DNA of 64,000 nucleotides from a virus: IMG/VR virus record IMGVR_UViG_3300042691_044682, positions 1 to 64,000 of that record; one strand, 5' to 3'. Shown piece by piece: positions 1 to 10,066 of this stretch (position 1 is its first letter; each line of letters starts with the position of its first letter). The notes under the pieces were generated by a model. It saw only the letters and a program-made list of their open reading frames with translations, ran no database searches and was not told where the DNA came from. The position numbers and the translations under genes were made by a program.

Positions 1-2671
1 CCAGCGAACGCTCGGCCTCCGAGGTCGCGGGGGGCGAAGGCACAGGGGAGGCGGCAGCTTCGTCGGGCTCAAGGTCACGCGGCCAGGATCCATCGTCGGG
101 GGAATCGGTGGGGTCAGTCGGGGCAGCTTTCCTAAGCCGCGGGCGCAGAAGATTGCGGGCGATGCGCCACGCCGTCTCGGTCGGCCGATAGGTCGAGCTG
201 TAGGCCTCCGGGTGCACCGTGCGGTTCACGGCATCCCGGGTCAGGCCGACATCGGCATCACGCGGCGGACGGTTGTTGCCGACGCGCGATGCGAAGAAGT
301 CCATCCGGTGGGCGTAGTTCTGCGCCGTCTCGTTCGGCGGCAGGCGCAGTCGCCCGCGCAGGACAGACTCCCTTCGCCCCTGATCGACCGCGTGGATCGC
401 CATGCGGTGCGAGTCGGCCATCTGCAGGTCGGCGCGAGAGAGGGGGCGCTCGTTCGGGTGGGAATGGGTCAGGAACAGCGGGCGCTTGCCGGTACGGTGC
501 CGCTCCTCGATCGGATTGTAGGCCACCATGTTCTGGCTGCCGCCGATGGCAAGGAACTGCCGCTCCCCAGGGAACACAACCGCCCCATGCTCGCGCGCCG
601 GATCAAGGCGGGCCATCTGCCGGGTGTACTTCCAGGCATCCCGGTTGCCGCCCGGTAGCCACTTCCGCTCGTCCGGGGCCAGCACCTTCCCTTCCCACCG
701 GGCCCGGGCCGCCTCGCGCCGCTGGCGCAGCTGCGCCTCGGACAGGCCAGCGTGGCGGGGGTCGTTCTTGGCGAGCTTCCCAAGCGGCCTGAGGTAGATG
801 CGCTGCACCGGGGTGCTCGGGTCGGTGCGATATGTCCGGTTCCGCATCCGGACTGGTGGTGAAGGCGCCATCTCGACACGATCCACGCGCCATTTTCCCG
901 GCGGCAGCACGACCTCGTCCTCATGCCCATGCAGGCGCTTGTTCTGCTTGATGGCGCCGCGAAGTCGTGCGCCGCGCGCCCCCTGGAACACGAGCACCTG
1001 TTCGTCGGGGCGGGCGTTGATGAACTGCGAGGTCGTCGAGGGGCGGCGGCTGGTGCTGAGGACGTGTTTCGTCTCGTAGGTCGCGCCAGGGGTGGTCGGG
1101 ACCTTGTTCTTCGGCACGGCATGGTAGGGGATGCCGCGGAAAAGCGCGCGGAACGGCTTGGCCCGCTGTTCGGCGAAGGCGCGAAGGTTATCGGCCGCGG
1201 CGGCTTCGCGCGCGTCAAGCGCAGCGCCGGCCGCGCGCTTGACGTTTGCGTCCCAAGTGAGGCCCGGCGTCGCGCCGCCATACTGCCGCGCCGCCCAGTC
1301 GGGCCTCATCGTCGCCGCCGTCGTTTCCAGTGTTCTCTTGAAGCCGGGCTGACCCGAGCGATGACCAGCCGCTCGCATGGCTGCTCGGAGAGTTCGCCAG
1401 GTCGCAGCCTTGGCGAGCCGCCACCGCTTGAACAGGTGCACCCGCCCCATCGGGATCTCGGGCGCCTGGCGCACCCACGGGATCGGCGAGGTGCGGCCGC
1501 GGCGCAGCCCGCGGGGCAGGAACTGGCGGCGGGGCCCGGCGCCGTCGGCGGCGTGCATGGCGTCGCGAATGGTGGCCACGCGCGCGGCCAGCAGGGCCGG
1601 GTTCTGCTCCGGCGCCTCGCCCAGGGTCTTCTCGCCGAGCATGCGGAAGCGCGCCCGCAGGGCCTTCTTCTGCTCAGGCGACTTGAAGGCAGTGGCGATG
1701 GTCTGGTTGAGCACGCCCTTCTGCGTGCCGCTCAGGGTGACGTTCCAGGGGATGAAGCCGCGCCGCTGCGCCCAGCGCGCGCCGGCCGTCGTCAGCCCCA
1801 GCTTGCCCTTCGGCATGGCCTTCGTGAGGCCCCAGCCCAGCCCCGCCAGCGCCCCGCCAGCGGCGGCCACAGCCATGGCGCGGCGGCCCACCTTCGGGAT
1901 CCGGCGCATCCAGCGCTGCGCGCCGCGCACGCCCTCCGCCGCGGCTTCCCCTGCCCGCTTGGCGCCCTTCTCGCGCGTCGCCGCATCGAAGTGGCGGCGC
2001 CGCACATCGACGGAATCGCGCACCTCCCGCCGCATCTCCCGGAGGTCATCCCCGGTCGGGAAGACCAGCGGCTGCCGCGCACCGAGGTGGCGGGGCTCGA
2101 CCCAACCCTGCGCCAGGCGTTCGTCCATCGAGCCCTGCAGGCGGGCCGGGATCGCGGTCCGCTTGCCGTCGCGGCGCCGGCGCTGGCCGGCCACGTAGAA
2201 GCCGCCCTCCGCCCGCCCCGTGTCGCGAACTGGCCGCGGCATCGAGGCGGCCGCCATGCGGTTGTTGAGCCGCATCCGCTCCGCTGTCAGGGCCTTCACG
2301 TCCTCAGGCGTGACAAGGCCTTCCATGCGGCGGCTGGCATCCTGGTCGAACAGGCGGCTTTCCCGCCCGAGGTGCCGCCGCCAGACGGGCAGCGGCCAGT
2401 CGGAACGCACCTGGCGCTCCACGCGGGCCGCGGCGCGCGCGTGGCGCGCGATCTTCGCCTCGGCCTTCTGGCGCGCGGCGGCGGCCTTGGTCTTTCCCTG
2501 CTCGAGCGCGCGGGCGGCCAGCGCCCGGCGGCCGACATTCATGCTCTGGGCGGCGATCACCGCGGTGGCGGCGCCGGCGGCGGCGGCCTCCGCGTGGCCC
2601 ATCCAGCGCGCACGCGCCGCCTCGACCCGCTGGCGATGCTCGGCGGGGGTCAGCTCGCGCTTCTGGTCCAT
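1..2671 (-). CDS. Large head-module polyprotein (partial, runs off left edge) with ADP-ribosyltransferase and JAB/MPN domains
   Basis: Not in the ORF track. ATG at 2671 (MDQKRELTPAEHRQRVEAARARW); hand translation of 1381 to ~60 has no stop and the track shows no closed ORF in this frame. LFRG (1144-1133), STS (1057-1049), EDEVVLPPG (922-) and E...HSHPNERPLSRAD (592-428). Confidence 0.8.
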   Translation of the reverse strand, partial: MDQKRELTPAEHRQRVEAARARWMGHAEAAAAGAATAVIAAQSMNVGRRALAARALEQGKTKAAAARQKAEAKIARHARAAARVERQVRSDWPLPVWRRHLGRESRLFDQDASRRMEGLVTPEDVKALTAERMRLNNRMAAASMPRPVRDTGRAEGGFYVAGQRRRRDGKRTAIPARLQGSMDERLAQGWVEPRHLGARQPLVFPTGDDLREMRREVRDSVDVRRRHFDAATREKGAKRAGEAAAEGVRGAQRWMRRIPKVGRRAMAVAAAGGALAGLGWGLTKAMPKGKLGLTTAGARWAQRRGFIPWNVTLSGTQKGVLNQTIATAFKSPEQKKALRARFRMLGEKTLGEAPEQNPALLAARVATIRDAMHAADGAGPRRQFLPRGLRRGRTSPIPWVRQAPEIPMGRVHLFKRWRLAKAATWRTLRAAMRAAGHRSGQPGFKRTLETTAATMRPDWAARQYGGATPGLTWDANVKRAAGAALDAREAAAADNLRAFAEQRAKPFRALFRGIPYHAVPKNKVPTTPGATYETKHVLSTSRRPSTTSQFINARPDEQVLVFQGARGARLRGAIKQNKRLHGHEDEVVLPPGKWRVDRVEMAPSPPVRMRNRTYRTDPSTPVQRIYLRPLGKLAKNDPRHAGLSEAQLRQRREAARARWEGKVLAPDERKWLPGGNRDAWKYTRQMARLDPAREHGAVVFPGERQFLAIGGSQNMVAYNPIEERHRTGKRPLFLTHSHPNERPLSRADLQMADSHRMAIHAVDQGRRESVLRGRLRLPPNETAQNYAHRMDFFASRVGNNRPPRDADVGLTRDAVNRTVHPEAYSSTYRPTETAWRIARNLLRPRLRKAAPTDPTDSPDDGSWPRDLEPDEAAASPVPSPPATSEAERSL

Positions 2672-2673
2672 GC

Positions 2674-4845
2674 TCAGCCCGTGCGGGTCTGCTGCTCGTG
2701 GCGGCGGCGGGCGATTCCTTCGGTGATGCGCGCCGCGCCGTAGCCGGCGAGACCTGCACCGACGAAGCTCGCGACACCGATGGCGGCGCGGCCGCGCGGC
2801 GTGCGCCACCAGTGCGAGGAGCCGGCGCCGGCGCGCTTCGCTGCGGAGGCGCGACCGGCCTCAACCCGCTGGCGGCGCTCCGCCTCGGAGAGGTCGCCGC
2901 GCGTTGCCTTGGCGTCGCGGTCCCACATGCCGAGCTCGGCGTCAGCGGCCTGCTCCGTGGGGGGCTTCTGGCCGATCGGCGTGTAGAGCTGCTCGAGGCG
3001 GCGGCGATTGGCCATCCTGGTGTCCGCGTCGGGCGTCCAGGCATCCACCTTGGTGCGCCGGGTCGCGGCCTCCTCGGAGAACTCGGCCATCCGACGCTCC
3101 CAGGCGGCCTTGAACTCGGGGTCGCGGGCCATGCGATCGATCCTGGCCTGAGCACGCTTCGAGCGGCGCACGGGGATCGCCTTCGCCAGCGTGGTCGTCC
3201 CGTAGAGGCTCTGGCGCTTCTTGCGGTTGGCCTCGTCGGCCGAGGCCTTCGCGCGGCCGATCAGCGCGGCGGTCCCGGCGACGCTTGCCGCCCCAAGGGC
3301 GAGGCCCGCGGCGCGGCGACGCGCGATGGTGCCGCGATAGGTGGCCGGGAAGGAATCCTTGCCACCCCTCACGACCACATGGCCATCCTGCACCGCGAGC
3401 TGGGGGGCAGAACCAATCCGCGCCCGGTGCGCCTGGCGGTACTCCCGCATCTGCGGCGTCCAGGCCCGCCCCTTGGCGCGGGCGAAGGTCGAGGTCTGCT
3501 CGAAGGAGGCGACGGCTCCGGCCGGGGTGTCACGCAGCGCGGCCGGCGCGCGCGCCACGCGGCGCACGTTCGCCCGCCCGGTCACCAGCCCCAGCGCCTC
3601 GTCGGCGCCGTCGCGCGGCGCGTAGCGGCGCCCGGCCAGGCCGATGGCGCGGCGCCCGGCATGGTTCACGGCGCTCCCCGCGGCGCGCGCGCGGGCGGCA
3701 TAGGGCGCGGCCTTGTGGCCAGCCCAGGCCAGCCCGCGGCCGATCAGGCCGCCCCAGGCCTTCACCAGGGTGTGGTGCTCGTAGCGGTAGAAGCGGCGCT
3801 TCTCGTCCCCGGCGCGGTGGCCGTGGGTGTCCTTCGCGTAGAACTTCGCGGGCTTGAACGGCTTGCCGAACTCGTTGCGGAACGGCGCCCAGAGGCCCGG
3901 GCCGCGGTGCGCCTCGTTCGCCTCGCGATCGCCGGCCCGGAGATCCTGCAGGCGGCGCCGGGCATAGACCATGAAGGGCACCAGCGGCTTGAGCTTCGCC
4001 TTGCCCTCCTCCGTCATCCCGAACTTGAGCTCGAACAGGCCGAAGTCGTGCAGGGCGACGTTCGCCGCGTGGTTGTAGGCGGCGCGGACGGTCTTCTCGT
4101 CGGTGCCGGCGGGGATGTAGCGGGCGCCCTTCTCGGTGATGTCGGCGCGCAGGTCGCGGGTCTGCTTCCAGGCCCAGCGGCCGATGTCCTTCCACTTCTC
4201 CTCGCCGATTGCCTTGGGCACCTGGGGGCGGCGCTCGAGGGTGGCGTAGATCCCGCTCTCCGGAAGGTCCTTCGGCGGCGCCAGGGCGGCGCGCGGTGCG
4301 GCCTTCGGCGCCTCCGGCGGCGCGCGGTCGAGATCCTCGCGGTAGCGCTGGTAGGCCTGGCGCAGCGCGTAGGGCATGCGCTCGACCTCCTTCTTGCGGC
4401 CGACGGCACGCGCCGGGTCGTAGGCGGGCTGGTCCTCACGGTCCTCCCAAGGCTTGCCGCGGCTGTAGATGGAGGCGACGTGGCGCGGGCGCGGCGCGCC
4501 GGCGGCCATGCGTGACGTGCCCTTGGGGGCGAACTGGCCGTCGTCGTCGCGGCGGACCTTGCTCTCGTCGAAGAACTTGGCGAGGCCCCAGGCCCCGATG
4601 CCCTTCACGTAGGGCTGCAGTTCGGCCGGCGCGGCGGGTGGGCGCGGCGGCTTCGTCCACGACGAGCCGCCCATGCCGAACAGCCCGCTCTTCTTCCAGC
4701 GCCGCTGCGCCGTGCGCCAGCGATCCATGCGCGCCTGGTAGGGCTGCGCACGCATCTTCCGGGCCCGGTCCCACCGCGGGTCCTGCGCCTGCGACGAGAA
4801 GGTCGTCAGCGCGCCGGTCGGCGCCGTGGGGGCGGTCCCGCTCAT
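2674..4845 (-). CDS. Head-module protein, basic and modular
   Basis: 723 aa directly after portal; FDESKVRRDDDGQF motif typical of phage minor head proteins; LxK(A/F) motifs. Confidence 0.65.
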   Translation of the reverse strand: MSGTAPTAPTGALTTFSSQAQDPRWDRARKMRAQPYQARMDRWRTAQRRWKKSGLFGMGGSSWTKPPRPPAAPAELQPYVKGIGAWGLAKFFDESKVRRDDDGQFAPKGTSRMAAGAPRPRHVASIYSRGKPWEDREDQPAYDPARAVGRKKEVERMPYALRQAYQRYREDLDRAPPEAPKAAPRAALAPPKDLPESGIYATLERRPQVPKAIGEEKWKDIGRWAWKQTRDLRADITEKGARYIPAGTDEKTVRAAYNHAANVALHDFGLFELKFGMTEEGKAKLKPLVPFMVYARRRLQDLRAGDREANEAHRGPGLWAPFRNEFGKPFKPAKFYAKDTHGHRAGDEKRRFYRYEHHTLVKAWGGLIGRGLAWAGHKAAPYAARARAAGSAVNHAGRRAIGLAGRRYAPRDGADEALGLVTGRANVRRVARAPAALRDTPAGAVASFEQTSTFARAKGRAWTPQMREYRQAHRARIGSAPQLAVQDGHVVVRGGKDSFPATYRGTIARRRAAGLALGAASVAGTAALIGRAKASADEANRKKRQSLYGTTTLAKAIPVRRSKRAQARIDRMARDPEFKAAWERRMAEFSEEAATRRTKVDAWTPDADTRMANRRRLEQLYTPIGQKPPTEQAADAELGMWDRDAKATRGDLSEAERRQRVEAGRASAAKRAGAGSSHWWRTPRGRAAIGVASFVGAGLAGYGAARITEGIARRRHEQQTRTG

Positions 4846-4849
4846 CGTC

Positions 4850-6745
4850 TCAGCGCCGCCCGCTCAGGCGCCGCTCGAACGAGCGCACCGTCGCGCTCGC
4901 CTTCGGGTGCCCGGGGAGGCGGCTCAGCATCGCCGCGAGGGAGACGGGCGGGGAGGGCTGCACGGCCATGGCGGTCTCCCCCGAGCCCGCCATGTCACCT
5001 CCCTCCCCGCCCTCCTCCGGCCCCCCGACCGGAGTGCCTGGGGGCGCCGGCAGCGCCGGTCGCGGCGGCGCCCCACCTGTCCCCTGAGCTCCGGGCGAGA
5101 GACCGAACTGCGCCATCAGGCCGGGATCGGCGCCGGCGAGCGGATCCGCTCCCGGCGGCATGCCCATGCCGTCCATCGGCATCGGCGCCTGCGGCATGTC
5201 GAGCCCCTGTTCGATCGCCTTCTTCACCGACTTCACGGACATGAAGCCCAGCGGCCCCACCCCCCAGAAGATCGGCTCGCTGAGGCCAACGGGCTCGTCG
5301 CCGCGCTCCGTCCGCACGTCATCCACGCTCTTCACGCCGCGCTGCATGTCGGCGTGATCCATCGAGTGCTTCTCGGTGGGATCGAGCTTGCGGATGTCGT
5401 CCCAGACCAGCTCGTAGCTGGCCTCGCCGCAGAAGTCGGCGATCTCCTCGTCCACCAGGTTCTTCAGCCAGTCGAGCATCGGCTCGAGGCCTTCCTCGAG
5501 CGCCGTGTCGTAGGCGCTCTCGGCGGTGGCGCGGTTCATCTGCCGCACGAAGGGCGTGGGCGGCAGGCTGAAGGCGTAGGCGATGATACGGGCCAGCCAT
5601 TCGTCGAACTGGTCGATCAGCTGCGCGCCGCCCTCGCCATGCACCGGCCAGTAGCTCACGCCCGGCGGGACGAACTTCGCCCGGCGGCGGTGCGCCGGGT
5701 TCTCCATGATCCGGTCCCAGTACTCCTGGAGCATCGAGATCTGCTCGAGCGTCCAGCCCTCGGGGGTGGAGATCAGCGCCTCGGGGATGTTCCCTTCGGT
5801 GTAGTGGCTCAGCTGACCGGCCATGCGACGCAGGCCGATGTTGACGTAGGTGATGCACTGCTCGACGGGGCTGAGGCCGTAGACCTTGTTCGAGCGCGGG
5901 TTGCGCACCGAGTAGGTCAGCTCCTCGCAGGTGAAGTCGACCGCCGGCATGCCCTTCAGGACCTGCTGGTAGGCGGGGTTCGGCGGCAGCGGCCGGCGGC
6001 CCGTCTGGTCGATCAGGAGGCTGATCGTGGCCGGGTCGACGTACTCGATGGCGAAGGGGCTGCGGTCGAGGCGACGGCGGCGGTAGAGCGCCACGGCATC
6101 GAGCACGAGGGCGTCCTCGGCGATCGCGCGCACCCATTCCGTCCAGTTGTGGACCCCGTCCGGCCGGCGCCAGAACTTCTCAAGGTCGCGGCAGTTGTCG
6201 TCGGCTTTGGTCTTGTGGCGCTGCCCCGGCGGCTTCTTGGGCAGGATGGTCCACTTCACGCGGGCGAGCTGGTCCTTGCGGGTCTCGATCGCCAGCCGGA
6301 TGAGGTCGTAGGACGCCAGTCCGCGCAGCGTGTCGAAGGAGATCCCCTCGAAGCGCCGCGGCGTGGTGCTGAGGTTGTAGCCGGCGGGGAAGTCGAACTG
6401 GCGGCCGGCCACGTCGGCGCGCGGCACGACGGGCTGCATCGCCTGGCCGGGGCCGAACCATCCGTCCTGCAGGTTGCCGGGCGTGATGGCCGGGCGGATC
6501 ACCTCGGACGGGCCGACCGGGCGCTCGGATTCCTGGCCGCGCGGGGCCACGGCGCCGATCGACGGCTCGACGCGCCGCGCCATCTCGGCCTGGCGCATGC
6601 GCTCGGCCTCGGCGCCGAAGCCGATCATGCGGCGCACGAAGCCGGCGGCGCGCGAGATCATCCCGTCGTCGATCCGCGACATCCGTGCGCCTGGGATGGC
6701 GCCATGCGGATTCGCGCCCTGCTTGGGAAAGGGCTGATCGGCCAC
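4850..6745 (-). CDS. Phage portal protein
   Basis: 631 aa; RNPRSNKVYGLSPVE, YTEGNIP, IIAYAFSLPP and NRATAE motifs; downstream of terL. Confidence 0.9.
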   Translation of the reverse strand: MADQPFPKQGANPHGAIPGARMSRIDDGMISRAAGFVRRMIGFGAEAERMRQAEMARRVEPSIGAVAPRGQESERPVGPSEVIRPAITPGNLQDGWFGPGQAMQPVVPRADVAGRQFDFPAGYNLSTTPRRFEGISFDTLRGLASYDLIRLAIETRKDQLARVKWTILPKKPPGQRHKTKADDNCRDLEKFWRRPDGVHNWTEWVRAIAEDALVLDAVALYRRRRLDRSPFAIEYVDPATISLLIDQTGRRPLPPNPAYQQVLKGMPAVDFTCEELTYSVRNPRSNKVYGLSPVEQCITYVNIGLRRMAGQLSHYTEGNIPEALISTPEGWTLEQISMLQEYWDRIMENPAHRRRAKFVPPGVSYWPVHGEGGAQLIDQFDEWLARIIAYAFSLPPTPFVRQMNRATAESAYDTALEEGLEPMLDWLKNLVDEEIADFCGEASYELVWDDIRKLDPTEKHSMDHADMQRGVKSVDDVRTERGDEPVGLSEPIFWGVGPLGFMSVKSVKKAIEQGLDMPQAPMPMDGMGMPPGADPLAGADPGLMAQFGLSPGAQGTGGAPPRPALPAPPGTPVGGPEEGGEGGDMAGSGETAMAVQPSPPVSLAAMLSRLPGHPKASATVRSFERRLSGRR

Positions 6746-6752
6746 GGATGTC

Positions 6753-7013
6753 TTACCAGAGCGCGATCAGGCCGGACGCGGAGCCGCCGGCGCGCACGCG
6801 GCGCAGCCGAAGCGGGTAGATCTGCCCGGCCACGAGGCCGGTGAACTGGAGCTCGACGCCGTCGGGCATGGTGGCATTCAGGGTGCCGCCGGTACCGACG
6901 TAGACGGCGCGTGTGTCCTGGGCGAAGTCTTCGGCGCTGTTGGGCGTGATGGTGGCAGCGCGATGGTAGGCGTACTGGTGCAGCAGGCCGCCCTGGAAGA
7001 TGTCATTGGCCAT
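6753..7013 (-). CDS. Head spike base protein (RcGTA Rcc01079-like)
   Basis: AATITP..DF...RAVYVGTGGTL...F.G...G.IYPLR..RVRA.G.A..LIALW pattern. Confidence 0.75.
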   Translation of the reverse strand: MANDIFQGGLLHQYAYHRAATITPNSAEDFAQDTRAVYVGTGGTLNATMPDGVELQFTGLVAGQIYPLRLRRVRAGGSASGLIALW

Positions 7014-7040
7014 GGCAGTGCTCCTGGTTCGCGGCGCGGA

Positions 7041-7445
7041 TCAGCCGACGGCTTCGTTGAGCGCGTTGATGACGCGGTTGAGTCGGGCGAGCGTCTCGTC
7101 GCTGTCGGCGAGCAGGTCCTCGACCTGGGCCAGCTTCGCGAGGGTCGCTGGGCGCACGCGGTTCTCGGCCGGCGCCGGGTCCAGCATGCGGCCGGCGATG
7201 GCGGTCACGAGCTCCTCGAGGCGAAGCACATGACCGACCAGGTCACCCTGCTGGTGCTTCATGGCTGAGATGGCGCGGTCGAGGCGGGAGCCGTCGCCGG
7301 GAGCCGTCGGCGTCATCCGATCGGCCTGGGGATCCGGTGACCAGCCCGCGGCCGGCCCCACGACGCTCCCGGTCACCACGCCCCCTTGCAGGGCAGGGTC
7401 GGCACGCCGGCGCGCGGCGAGGCGGATGCTCGAGACATCGCTCAT
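7041..7445 (-). CDS. Hypothetical protein, coiled-coil C-terminus
   Basis: 134 aa ORF in the packaging operon. Confidence 0.6.
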   Translation of the reverse strand: MSDVSSIRLAARRRADPALQGGVVTGSVVGPAAGWSPDPQADRMTPTAPGDGSRLDRAISAMKHQQGDLVGHVLRLEELVTAIAGRMLDPAPAENRVRPATLAKLAQVEDLLADSDETLARLNRVINALNEAVG

Positions 7446-7457
7446 GGGGGAGGTCCT

Positions 7458-7850
7458 TCAGCGGAGGATGGTGGCGCCGGCGGCGACGTGGGGCAGGTCG
7501 CGGTGGTGGCGGACCCAGAACTCGTAGTTCGCGCGGGCGAGCGTGCGGTCTTCGACCTGGGCGAGGTTCGCCAGCAGGAAGTCGCCGAGGACGTCGGCCG
7601 GCACGCTGAGCAGGACGTGCGCGATGTCGCGGTAGAGGTCGGCGGCGCGGACGTCGAAGGCCGCATGGGCGAGCGCGCGGCGAACGGGGGCCGGAAAACG
7701 ATCGAAGGCTGCCATCTCGCGACGGCAGCCTTCGTTCGGGGGGGCTTCGGTCGCCGCTGCGCGCGGCGTGTGAAGCGGCGACGGCGCTACGAAAGCGCCA
7801 CGGCGCCTCCGCGGTGCGCCGCCACGCGCGAGGCGGTGGCGGAGTGGCAT
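7458..7850 (-). CDS. Hypothetical protein
   Basis: ORF track; start uncertain. Confidence 0.4.
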   Translation of the reverse strand: MPLRHRLARGGAPRRRRGAFVAPSPLHTPRAAATEAPPNEGCRREMAAFDRFPAPVRRALAHAAFDVRAADLYRDIAHVLLSVPADVLGDFLLANLAQVEDRTLARANYEFWVRHHRDLPHVAAGATILR

Positions 7851-8026
7851 ACGACCTCTTCGAGGGGGACGGCGAGGAAGCCGTGAATGGGGTGATCGAT
7901 CATGGCGAGCGGCCCACCGTCGGCCTCGACGCGACCGCGATACCGCACGACGGCTGGCTCGCCGGCCGCCGGGCTGTGGATGACGGTCGTCGCAAGCACG
8001 CCCTTGATCATTTCGGCCAGGTCCAA
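7787..8026 (-). CDS. Hypothetical protein
   Basis: ORF track; plausible composition. Confidence 0.45.
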   Translation of the reverse strand: MDLAEMIKGVLATTVIHSPAAGEPAVVRYRGRVEADGGPLAMIDHPIHGFLAVPLEEVVCHSATASRVAAHRGGAVALS

Positions 8027-8141
8027 CGGCTGGTGGGGGGATGGCGAGGTGTCAACCTAGGTGAACGGCGGCCGTCCATGAAGTTATCGTTACTTTAGCG
8101 TTCGATGATCCTGGAGTTTTCACGGGATTTTCACGGTCCCG

Positions 8142-9683
8142 TCAGCCGAGGGCGGCCTGCACCTGGCTCTGCATGAACTCGAAGAAGCCGAGGTTGCCGC
8201 CGTAGAGGGCGTTGAAGGCGCCGGCGGCCGCGTCGAGCTGGTCGTCGTGCGATCCGTTGGGGAAGGCGCAGAGCTCGTCGATGAACTCCTCGTTCCAGGA
8301 GCCGCGCACCAGGAAGACCTGGCCGGCCTGCATCATGGAGGCGAGGCCGCGGGCGCGGGTCGCCTTGTCGCCGGACTCCTTCTCGATCTTCACCGTGTAG
8401 GGGGCGAGGAAGCGCACCATGGCCTGGGCCTGTGCGACGCCGGCCTGGCCGGGGTCCTGCGGGATCCAGATCGGCACCGCCATGCCGTCGGCCTGGGCGG
8501 TGGCCTTGATGGCTGAATCCACCTGCGCCGGCGTGTCGCGCAGGCGCAGCGCGTGCTCGATATAGACGCGGCCGATCTTGTCCTTGGAGGCGCGGACGCC
8601 GGCGGTCCAGTCGGGGTCCTTGCCCGGCTCGGGGACGGTGGCGGCGAGGTCCCAGCGGCGCAGGCGCCCCATGGCGTCGGCCGGGACGGCATCGACGAAC
8701 TGGAACCAGCCCCGCTTGAACAGGCCGCCATCGCGCGGGCCGGGGCGCTGCTGCAGCTGGCCGGCGACGGCGTATTGCCCGAGCGCACGCTCGAGGCTCT
8801 TGAGGGCGTCCTCGCTGATGCGGGTCTTGTGGAGGATCTCGCCCGGCTCGGTGCGAGGGTCCTTCGCGTGGCGGTCCGGATGATCCGGCTCGAACCGCAT
8901 GGGCAGGACCACCTTGTGGTAGCCCCGCTTCATGCACCAGCCCGCGAGGTCCTCGGCGTGGACGCGCTGCTGGATGACCATCTTCACGCCGCGGTCGGGC
9001 TCGTTGAGGCGTGATGGAATGGCCTCGCCCCACCAGAGCAGCACGGAGTTGCGCTCGGCCTCGCTCTCCGCCTTCTGGGCGGGGTGGGGGTCGTCGACCA
9101 TGACGTAGTCGCCGCCGTGGCCGGTGACGTTGCTGCCGGGGGTGCAGGCGAAGCGGTGACCGCCTGCGGTGGTCTCGTAGTAGGTCTTGTTGTCCTGGTC
9201 CTTGACGATGGTGACGCCTGGGTGGCGCATGCCATCGGACAGGATGGTCGCGGCGACGTAGGCGGAACCGGCGCCCCAGCGCTTCTGGTACCAGGTGCTC
9301 TTCACGAGCCGGCGGCACTTCACGGCGTCCCTGGTGGCCAGGGTCATTTCGTTGGAGCCGCAGAGGAACTTGGCGGAGGGGTGCCAGGTCCAGACCCAGG
9401 CCGGGAAGGCCACGGACATGATCTGGGACTTGAGGGAGCGCGGCGGGATGCAGAAGACCGCCTCGCGGTGCTGCCGGCGGGCGACGGCCTCCATTTCCTC
9501 GCAGAGGAGGTCGATGTGCCAGTTCCACAGCAGGTGGGCCGGGTCCATGAAGCGCCAGGCCATGCGCAGGAAGGCGCCGAAGCGGCGCGGGCCGAGGGTG
9601 GCCTCGAGGGCGATGCGCTCGGGGCTATCGAGGGAAGCCAGACGGCGCGTTCGCGGGGGAACGATCGCGGCGATCTGGTTCAT
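8142..9683 (-). CDS. terL: Terminase large subunit
   Basis: IPPRSLKS Walker A, VMVDDP Walker B, QQR coupling motif, WDLA...D and HDDQLDA nuclease motifs; start moved to ATG 9683. Confidence 0.95.
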   Translation of the reverse strand: MNQIAAIVPPRTRRLASLDSPERIALEATLGPRRFGAFLRMAWRFMDPAHLLWNWHIDLLCEEMEAVARRQHREAVFCIPPRSLKSQIMSVAFPAWVWTWHPSAKFLCGSNEMTLATRDAVKCRRLVKSTWYQKRWGAGSAYVAATILSDGMRHPGVTIVKDQDNKTYYETTAGGHRFACTPGSNVTGHGGDYVMVDDPHPAQKAESEAERNSVLLWWGEAIPSRLNEPDRGVKMVIQQRVHAEDLAGWCMKRGYHKVVLPMRFEPDHPDRHAKDPRTEPGEILHKTRISEDALKSLERALGQYAVAGQLQQRPGPRDGGLFKRGWFQFVDAVPADAMGRLRRWDLAATVPEPGKDPDWTAGVRASKDKIGRVYIEHALRLRDTPAQVDSAIKATAQADGMAVPIWIPQDPGQAGVAQAQAMVRFLAPYTVKIEKESGDKATRARGLASMMQAGQVFLVRGSWNEEFIDELCAFPNGSHDDQLDAAAGAFNALYGGNLGFFEFMQSQVQAALG

Positions 9684-10066
9684 CCGGAGTTTTTCGTACG
9701 CCCCCAGATGGCGTGGTGGGCGAGGGCGCCGAGGCCGAAGCCGCTGAGGAAGATCACCCCGGCGATCAGCGCGAGCTCCCAGAGCATGTCGGCAAGGATC
9801 GCGTTGGGCATCGCGTCGGAAGCTCCGGACGCAGAAGGGGCGGCCGGACAATCAAGTAGCCCGGCCGAACCCTGGGGGTCACATCACAACGATGTGAACG
9901 CCCTATTTCGATGTGGACCGCGAACGCAGAGCTGCCGCCGCCGCCTGCCCCGCCCCATAGACCATCGCCGCCGGCAGCATCACCACCAGGACGAAGCCGA
10001 CGAAGGCCACGGTGAAGGCGGTCTCCGCCACGCGCTCGGCGGCCGACTGGCGAGGCGGCGGCTGCG

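Noticed and set aside
4826-6844. Long antisense ORFs (also 923-2743, 30428-32299, 43818-45524, 55819-58080, 59083-60978)
   Set aside because: Shadow frames of high-GC genes, with no motifs.
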